From the NCBI GenBank assembly GCA_903843285.1, contig CAIMPC010000039.1, positions 44,886 through 108,885 on the forward strand: a stretch of 64,000 nt of DNA, written 5' to 3'. The notes below the pieces were generated by a model. That model did not search any database. It saw only the letters and a program-made list of their open reading frames with translations, and had not been told where the DNA came from. Below are positions 57,747 through 64,000 of the stretch, one piece after another. The position numbers were made by a program, and so were the translations under genes. Every line of letters begins with the position of its first letter. The first letter of the stretch is position 1. The stretch is from Candidatus Omnitrophota bacterium (GTDB lineage Bacteria; Omnitrophota; Gorgyraeia; 2-01-FULL-45-10).

Positions 57747-58219
57747 TAATGCCTGATAAGAAAAAAGTGATTGAAATCCTGATAATCATCATGGGGGGCA
57801 TTTATTTGCTTTATAGGATATTTATGCCGAAACCGGATATGAAACAGGCGCACGACGCGGCGGGTCATATGCCTATAGGCATAGAGATAGCCGGCTTGAA
57901 GGAGACCGTAAAAAACCCTACCGAGGGCGATCGTAAATTAAAGGATGAGGTAGCCGGCGCACGGGATATATTTCAGAAGCCGGACGAATTTTTTGCGTCC
58001 AGCGCAAAAAACGAGGCAGACGCGGCGTCCAAAACAGGAAATAGCGTGCTTTCGCTCGAAGGCACCATATGGGGGCGCGGTAAGAATATCGCGATATTGT
58101 CCGGCGCAGTGGTTAGTGAAGGCGATATTATACAAAAGGGGAAGATCGTCAGGATTGAATCAGACAGAGTGATTATTTTTAAAGATGGTGTGGAGTCAGA
58201 GATAAAGAGAGGTACATAA
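57743..58219 (+). CDS. PilP/GspC-like protein
   Basis: N-terminal TM; RDIF, L.G.IW....AI.SG....EGD and I..DRV pattern; precedes the secretin. Confidence 0.68.
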   Translation: MIMPDKKKVIEILIIIMGGIYLLYRIFMPKPDMKQAHDAAGHMPIGIEIAGLKETVKNPTEGDRKLKDEVAGARDIFQKPDEFFASSAKNEADAASKTGNSVLSLEGTIWGRGKNIAILSGAVVSEGDIIQKGKIVRIESDRVIIFKDGVESEIKRGT

Positions 58220-58220
58220 A

Positions 58221-59831
58221 ATGAACTTAAAAAAGATTCGGATAGCCATTGTTCTGTCACTTGTGCTTGCCGGGATCGTTTTGTGCAGAGAGTCCGCGGC
58301 TTCGGAAATTGTAAATGGAGTCCTCCCAAAAACCGATGACAAGGTTTCAATGGATTTTGAAAGCGCCGATCTGAAGAGCGTCCTGAAGGCATTTTCCATG
58401 CAGACGGGAATAAACTTTATCGCAAGCGATGTTATCGAGAACAAAAAAGTAACGGTATTTTTAAGCAGAGTTTCTATCAAATTGGCTTTAGCCTCCATAC
58501 TGGAGGCCAACGGCCTTCTCTACGAGATGCAGGGCGATAACGTGTATCTGATAAAACCGAACGGCCAGGCTCTTACGAAGATGGTAACGAAAATATTTAA
58601 GTTAAATTATCTTCAAGTCTCTTCAATGGCATTAGCTAAAGACCCGATGAGCGGATCCAGTAATGTGACGATCATAGGGTCAGCCTCCGCAGTCGCTGCC
58701 CCGCCAGCTTCCAAGGGCCCGGCAGGAGCAACTAATTCCAATATAGTAAATATTATCCAGAGCCTTATGACATCTTCCGGCAAGATCGTGGCCGACATAC
58801 GTAATAACAGCCTTGTCATAACGGACTCACCCAGTATCTTCCCGACGATAGAAGCGACATTAAAGAAGCTCGACGTCGAGCCTGTACAGATAATGATCAC
58901 CGCGGAGATAATCGAGACATCGACCACGGCCCTTAAAAGGATCGGGCTCGAGTACGGCGGAGAAGACAGCATTATTACCGCCACATATACGGCCGCGACT
59001 TTGCCTACTGGAATTCCTTTCACCGAAAGTTTTATAAAAGATACATATGGTCAAAATTTGCTTAACACAGGCAATCCCGCCAGCATTCCGGCTTTCCAAT
59101 ATGGAACTTTATCGCTGGGAAACACTCAGATAGTGCTGAAGCTGTTGGCTACCGATAGCGATACAAAATACCTGTCCCGGCCCAATATAATGACACTGAA
59201 TAATGAGACGGCGATAATAAAAGTATCGGCCAACACCGCCATAGGTATAAACGAAACCATAGCGACAGCGCCGGCCTTAAATACGCAGACTGCCGAGAGG
59301 GCGGAGACGGGAGTGGTATTAAAAGTAACTCCGCAGGTAAATGATAGCGGAGACATATTTATGTATCTCGAGCCGTCTGTTTCGAGGACCGTGCAGTCAC
59401 TGCTATCGGTTAGATTTCTTGACCCGAGTTATAGAAGCTCCTCCTGCACGCTCATGGTGAGGGACTTGGAAACCGTAGTGGTGTCGGGCCTTATACAGAA
59501 AAATATTACAAAATCGGTAAGGAAAGTGCCGATATTGGGTGATATTCCCGGCGTAGGCGAGGCATTTAAATCAAATTATGACAGAGTAGAAGATACAGAG
59601 ATTATCATATTTATAACGCCGCATATCGTGAAGAGGAGAGACTCGGAATATGTCACTCCGGCGCAGATGACCGAGCGTGAACACGTAATGCAAAAAACGC
59701 TCTCAGAGTATATCCCAAAACCGCAGAAAAAAGAGAAGATTGCTCAGGATGAGGAGAGCGTAAGAGCCCTTACCCTGCGTAAGTACAGCACGAACATCCA
59801 GCCGGCCCGAAAGATAGGATCTGGTAAATGA
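58221..59831 (+). CDS. secretin (PilQ/GspD family)
   Basis: Signal peptide; SMDF..ADL..VL, D.RNNSL.ITD, Q..I.A.I.E, P...TLNNE.A.I, G..L.VTP and KVP.LGDIP..G..F. Confidence 0.93.
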   Translation: MNLKKIRIAIVLSLVLAGIVLCRESAASEIVNGVLPKTDDKVSMDFESADLKSVLKAFSMQTGINFIASDVIENKKVTVFLSRVSIKLALASILEANGLLYEMQGDNVYLIKPNGQALTKMVTKIFKLNYLQVSSMALAKDPMSGSSNVTIIGSASAVAAPPASKGPAGATNSNIVNIIQSLMTSSGKIVADIRNNSLVITDSPSIFPTIEATLKKLDVEPVQIMITAEIIETSTTALKRIGLEYGGEDSIITATYTAATLPTGIPFTESFIKDTYGQNLLNTGNPASIPAFQYGTLSLGNTQIVLKLLATDSDTKYLSRPNIMTLNNETAIIKVSANTAIGINETIATAPALNTQTAERAETGVVLKVTPQVNDSGDIFMYLEPSVSRTVQSLLSVRFLDPSYRSSSCTLMVRDLETVVVSGLIQKNITKSVRKVPILGDIPGVGEAFKSNYDRVEDTEIIIFITPHIVKRRDSEYVTPAQMTEREHVMQKTLSEYIPKPQKKEKIAQDEESVRALTLRKYSTNIQPARKIGSGK

Positions 59832-61540
59832 GCGATATGGAGAGAAGGAAGCTGGGGGATATGTTGTTGGACGCGAAGCTTATCACTAAAGAACAGCTTG
59901 AGGAGGGGCTCGCTCTGCGCGGAGAGGGCGAAGGCAATGATCCGATCGGGGAGGTATTGGTCAATATGGGGTATCTTTCCGAGGAGGGGCTCGCGCGCAC
60001 ACTTTCAAAGCAATTAAATACCAAGTATCTGTCTTTTGAAGCCGGAACCCTCGTTATTGAGTTTAATCAGAATTTAAGAAAGATTGTAAGTGAAGAATTT
60101 GCCAGAAAAAACAAGGTGCTTCCTTTGTCAAAGACATCGGATACCATATCCGTAGCTATGTGGAATCCGCTGGATTTTACCATTATAGATAACTTAAGGC
60201 GAATGTTGGGAAAAGACGTAGTGGTATATTGCAGTACAAAAAAAGATATTCTGGAAGGAATCAGGAGGCTTTACGTTATTCAGGGGCCGCCAACCGACGC
60301 GAATTCTTACGTCACATCGTTTCAGTCGGATGAAAAGGCTTCCGCGGCAGGTAGGGGTGAAACGGAAAAGCTCAAGCTAAGGGCTTCAGAACCGCCGGTA
60401 ATAAAGTTAGTCAACTCTATCGTGCATGGAGCTATAGAGGAGCTGGCCAGTGATATACATATAGAGCCGTATGAAGAGGGCTTTGATATACGATACAGAG
60501 TGGACGGCCTGCTATATAAGATAGACGCCCCGCCAAAGGATATGTATGCTCCGGTAGTATCAAGGATAAAGATAATGTCGCGGCTTGACATAGCTGAAAA
60601 TCGTCTGCCGCAGGACGGCGGTTTCATGATCAAGCTGGACAATCGAAGCGTCGATTTCCGAGTCTCGACTATCCCGACGATATACGGTGAAAAGATCGTT
60701 ATAAGGGTACTAGACAAAGAGAGCATGAATTTTAGCCTTTCTTCCATAGGAATGAGCGAAGAGAATTATTTAAAGGTCTCCGATGCTATAAGAAAGTCTT
60801 ACGGGCTCATATTTCTGACAGGGCCTACTGGATCGGGAAAGACGACGACTCTTTATTGTATTCTCAATGAGATCAAATCCCCACAAAAAAATGTCATAAC
60901 CATAGAGGACCCGGTCGAATATAGGATCGCAGGGGCAAATCAGGTGCAGGAGCTTCCGGCCATCGGCCTGACTTTCGCTCGCGGACTGCGTGCTTTCCTC
61001 AGGCAGGATCCCGATATAATAATGGTCGGAGAGGTCAGAGACTTTGAAACCGCTGAGATGTGCGTGCGTTCGGCGCTTATCGGCAGACTTGTGCTGAGCA
61101 CGCTCCATACGAACGACTCGGTCGGAGCTATTACAAGATTGGTCGATTTAGGTGTCGAACCATTTCTTGTCAGCTCTTCATTGGTAATGGTTATAGCGCA
61201 GAGGCTCATACGAAGGCTATGTCCAAATTGCAAAGAGCTCATAACAGTCGATAAAACCATAGTCGAAAAGCATTCTCTTGAAGGAGCTAAGATATATGGT
61301 CCGAAGGGATGTGATCTATGCCGCAACAGAGGTTTTGTCGGCAGGCTGGCTATATTTGAGATATTGATAGCGGACAAGGAGATACGGGATCTCATCGAAA
61401 GTAAGCGCGATATGGCTGTTATAAGAGAAGCTCTCGATAAAAAAGGAATGAAATCGTTAAGATATGATGCCATGGACAAGGTCAGGCAAGGACTGACTTC
61501 GATAGACGAGGCCATCCTCGCCACTGCGGAGGATGCATAG
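59828..61540 (+). CDS. type IV pilus/T2SS assembly ATPase (PilB/GspE) with MshEN-like N-terminus
   Basis: KLGDMLL...LIT..QL..L, ASDIHIEP, RYRVDG, PQDG, TGPTGSGKTTTLY, EDPVEY, LRQDPD, LSTLHTN and Zn CxxC pairs. Confidence 0.95.
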   Translation: MSDMERRKLGDMLLDAKLITKEQLEEGLALRGEGEGNDPIGEVLVNMGYLSEEGLARTLSKQLNTKYLSFEAGTLVIEFNQNLRKIVSEEFARKNKVLPLSKTSDTISVAMWNPLDFTIIDNLRRMLGKDVVVYCSTKKDILEGIRRLYVIQGPPTDANSYVTSFQSDEKASAAGRGETEKLKLRASEPPVIKLVNSIVHGAIEELASDIHIEPYEEGFDIRYRVDGLLYKIDAPPKDMYAPVVSRIKIMSRLDIAENRLPQDGGFMIKLDNRSVDFRVSTIPTIYGEKIVIRVLDKESMNFSLSSIGMSEENYLKVSDAIRKSYGLIFLTGPTGSGKTTTLYCILNEIKSPQKNVITIEDPVEYRIAGANQVQELPAIGLTFARGLRAFLRQDPDIIMVGEVRDFETAEMCVRSALIGRLVLSTLHTNDSVGAITRLVDLGVEPFLVSSSLVMVIAQRLIRRLCPNCKELITVDKTIVEKHSLEGAKIYGPKGCDLCRNRGFVGRLAIFEILIADKEIRDLIESKRDMAVIREALDKKGMKSLRYDAMDKVRQGLTSIDEAILATAEDA

Positions 61541-62748
61541 TGCCATATTACACGTATGAAGGCCGCGATACCAAAGGCAAACTTGTACGCAATCAGGCCT
61601 TCGCGGTGACGCAGCAAAACTTAATCAGCAATCTTCAGAGCGCCGGAATCACAATCCTGTCTATTAAAAATGCGTCTGCCATTGGCGAGCAAAAGCAGAA
61701 GATGTATAAGAAGATAAGAAATAAGGACCTTGTACTGCTTGCCAAAGAGCTCGCTGTGCTTATGGAAAATGGCATACCCATGATAGAAGCTTTAGAGGTT
61801 ACTCTAAAGCAAATGACCAGCGAAAAGCTTGCAGGCGCTGTCCTGGCCATAAAAAAAGATCTTGAAAGCGGATTATCTATGCATGGTTCGCTGGCCAAGA
61901 TGCCGCATATATTCGGAGATCTATGGACATATCTCGTGGAAGCGGGCGAGGCGTCCGGTCAGATGCCGTTTGTTCTCAGGCATATCCAATTTTTACTCGA
62001 ATCGCGGGAGGATATACATAAAAAAACGATTAATGCCATGATATATCCCGCCTTACTGCTGGGAGCAACCGTGGTTGCGCTCATCATCTTCGCCTTCAAA
62101 ATAATACCTATGTTCAAAGGGATCTATGCATCGCTTGGGGCGGGTAAAGAACTTCCCATGGTGACCCGGGGCGTCCTTTTTTTTAGCGGATTTATAAAAA
62201 ATGAATTTTTGCTTATTACTTTTGGTATCGTGCTTATTGTTTTTTTCGCCAGACAGATCATGACGACAAGCTCGGGGCGGCGGGCATACGAAAAAATTCT
62301 TTTTTCTTCACCCGTTCTCGGTCAGTTGTGCATAGCGATCGTAGTGGAAAAATTCTCCACCGCCATTCAGGTTCTTTTAAAAAGCGGCATACCCATTATA
62401 AGATCGCTTGAAATGGCCGCTAATACTACCGAAAATCACTTATTCGCTGAAAAGATAGAAGAAGCAAAAGCAAAGGTCATTGCCGGACTGCCTCTGGCCG
62501 ACGCTCTGCAGTATACTGGAATCTTTCCACCTATAGCCATATCATTTATTCGGGTAGCTGAAAAGACCGGTAGTTACTCAGAGATGTTTGAGGAGGTTGC
62601 TAAGTACCACAAAGATATAGTGGAGACCTCCATAGTCAGGGTGATGGCGCTTATGGAACCGGTCATGCTTATCACGATGGGTTTAGTTATCGGCGTCATA
62701 GTAATAGCGATGTTCCTGCCGATATTTAGGCTGGCTAATTTAGGATAG
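61540..62748 (+). CDS. type IV pilus/T2SS inner-membrane platform protein (PilC/GspF)
   Basis: GE.SG, A.IYP, E.TG, L.EP and AMFLP. Confidence 0.94.
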   Translation: MPYYTYEGRDTKGKLVRNQAFAVTQQNLISNLQSAGITILSIKNASAIGEQKQKMYKKIRNKDLVLLAKELAVLMENGIPMIEALEVTLKQMTSEKLAGAVLAIKKDLESGLSMHGSLAKMPHIFGDLWTYLVEAGEASGQMPFVLRHIQFLLESREDIHKKTINAMIYPALLLGATVVALIIFAFKIIPMFKGIYASLGAGKELPMVTRGVLFFSGFIKNEFLLITFGIVLIVFFARQIMTTSSGRRAYEKILFSSPVLGQLCIAIVVEKFSTAIQVLLKSGIPIIRSLEMAANTTENHLFAEKIEEAKAKVIAGLPLADALQYTGIFPPIAISFIRVAEKTGSYSEMFEEVAKYHKDIVETSIVRVMALMEPVMLITMGLVIGVIVIAMFLPIFRLANLG

Positions 62749-62909
62749 ACCTTCGAAAGTGGCGCGGAGTGAGTATTCCTCAGCAGTTCCGCCGTGGCGC
62801 GGATTTAGTAGAAAATAATCCCAAATTTTGATATCATAATATACCTTATGGTCTTCTTCGCTGTAATGGTAAGACCGTGATGAAGCTTCGAAGGACCTAT
62901 TCCTACGAA

Positions 62910-63050
62910 GAGACAGCTGAGAAATAAAACTTTCGTCATTCTGAGGGAGGCCATCGGCCGACCGAAGAATCTATTTACAGTTGAGATTCTTCACTTCGCC
63001 CTTCGGGCTTCGTTCAGAATGACGTGGAATTTGATATTTCGCAACAGTTC
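62910..63050. mobile_element. family A MITE-like element (degenerate left end)
   Basis: GAGACAGCTGAGAAAT left end, core nearly identical to the 52511 copy, right end ATTTCGCAACAGTTC. Confidence 0.87.
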
Positions 63051-63092
63051 CGCGAAGGTACAATGTAGTTATATAACAGAAGGCGAAGTAGA

Positions 63093-64000
63093 ATGGATTT
63101 AAAAAAGACTCCTCTTATTAACGAGCATGAACGCCTGGGCGCAAAGCTTGCGCCGTTCGGCGGTTGGTTCATGCCAATACAGTACTCCGGAATCATATCA
63201 GAGCATAACTGGACACGCACAGAAGCCTCGATATTCGATATCTGCCACATGGGCGAGTTTATCATCTGCGCAGATGCCGATAAGAGCGGATTCAATAAGA
63301 TCGTAACATTTGATTTAAATGCTATTAAGCCGTTCGAGTGTCGATACGGTTTTATGCTTAATGATACCGGCGGCATCCTGGATGACATCATTGTATACAG
63401 GATAGCTGACAGGCGGTGGATGGTCGTGGCCAATGCCGCGACTATCGAAAGCGATGAGGCGCATTTCAGAAAGCACCTGGCGCCCGGCACTGATTTTAAG
63501 AATGTGTCGGCAATGTTGGGTAAGATAGATCTGCAAGGGCCAAAATCGTTAGATGTGATAAGGAGACTTGTAGCTCCCGGCGTGGCGGATCTCGGTTATT
63601 ATAAATTTGGCCATTTTGATTTGCTTGGAGAAAAGATTATTATCAGCAGGACGGGCTATACGGGTGAGCTGGGGTTCGAGATATATATATCGAACGATAA
63701 AGTAGCAGAGCTTTGGAATATATTGCTAAAAGATACTACGGTGAAACCTGCCGGCCTTGGCGCCAGAGATACTCTGCGGCTTGAGATGACCTACCCGTTG
63801 TACGGACAGGATATTACCACTGAAACGACGCCGATAGAGGCGGGTAAGGCAAGATTTGTAGATCTTAAGAAAGACTTTATAGGTAGGAGCGCTTTAATGA
63901 AAAATAGCGATCCGTCGAGGAGATTAATAAATTTTATTGCCAAGTCGCGTCGTGCGCCGAGGCATAATTACGGGATATTTTCAGGCGGTAAGCGAGTCGG
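63093..64000 (+). CDS. gcvT: glycine cleavage system aminomethyltransferase T (truncated by window edge)
   Basis: MDLKKTPL, FGGW.MPIQYSGI..EH, FDICHMGEF, GGILDD, LQGP, SRTGYTGELGFE and GLGARDTLRLE; absent from the ORF track because it lacks a stop in the window. Confidence 0.96.
   Translation, partial: MDLKKTPLINEHERLGAKLAPFGGWFMPIQYSGIISEHNWTRTEASIFDICHMGEFIICADADKSGFNKIVTFDLNAIKPFECRYGFMLNDTGGILDDIIVYRIADRRWMVVANAATIESDEAHFRKHLAPGTDFKNVSAMLGKIDLQGPKSLDVIRRLVAPGVADLGYYKFGHFDLLGEKIIISRTGYTGELGFEIYISNDKVAELWNILLKDTTVKPAGLGARDTLRLEMTYPLYGQDITTETTPIEAGKARFVDLKKDFIGRSALMKNSDPSRRLINFIAKSRRAPRHNYGIFSGGKRV

Noticed and set aside
62749-63092. Glycine riboswitch upstream of gcvT
   Set aside because: The conserved GGAGA...CCGAAG...CTCTCAGG aptamer pattern is not present. 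The region is explained by repeats.
63014-63490. 158-aa minus-strand ORF
   Set aside because: It is antisense to gcvT, which the ORF track missed because it runs off the window end.
1-64000. tRNA, rRNA, tmRNA, transposase or defence-system genes
   Set aside because: None were recognisable by eye in the intergenic gaps or ORFs. A tRNAscan/Infernal/DefenseFinder run would be needed to exclude divergent ones.

Overview
A 64-kb, gene-dense stretch of a bacterial chromosome with every real gene on the + strand. It is almost all core housekeeping genes of a diderm, LPS-producing bacterium. Gene order and protein style suggest the PVC group, possibly Ca. Omnitrophota (inference only). In order: ispD(partial)-ispF-cysE-cysS-tmk-holB-PSP1-metG; TatD/radical-SAM fusion, CPBP protease, DUF362, lipoprotein, mtnA-thiL-tsaE-tsaB-alr; a large secreted orphan protein; ilvD-ilvB-ilvN-ilvC-leuA; aroE-pilD-aroC-aroK; dprA-topA-xerC; a long lipid A/Kdo/core cluster (waaA, lpxK, an acyltransferase-ELM1 fusion, GT4/GT9 enzymes, ychF, a DHS-like protein, heptose kinase, kdsB-A-D-C); cbiM plus a PDGLE protein; a type IV pilus/T2SS-like cluster; and gcvT (partial). 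No rRNA, tRNA, CRISPR array or transposase was seen. The most unusual content is non-coding: two dispersed families of palindromic miniature elements. Family A (terminal IR GGGACTGTTGCGAAAT...ATTTCGCAACAGTCCC around a GTCATTCTGAG...CAGAATGAC core) has 7 copies. One lies in frame inside the zinc module of DNA polymerase III delta' (holB), and three near-identical copies bracket the pilin gene and the pilus operon. Family B (ends GAGATTTTTCG...CGAAAAATCT) has four long copies and one miniature copy. They start at or next to stop codons and keep a multi-stem fold whose stems differ in sequence but remain paired. I do not recognise this covarying structured element.
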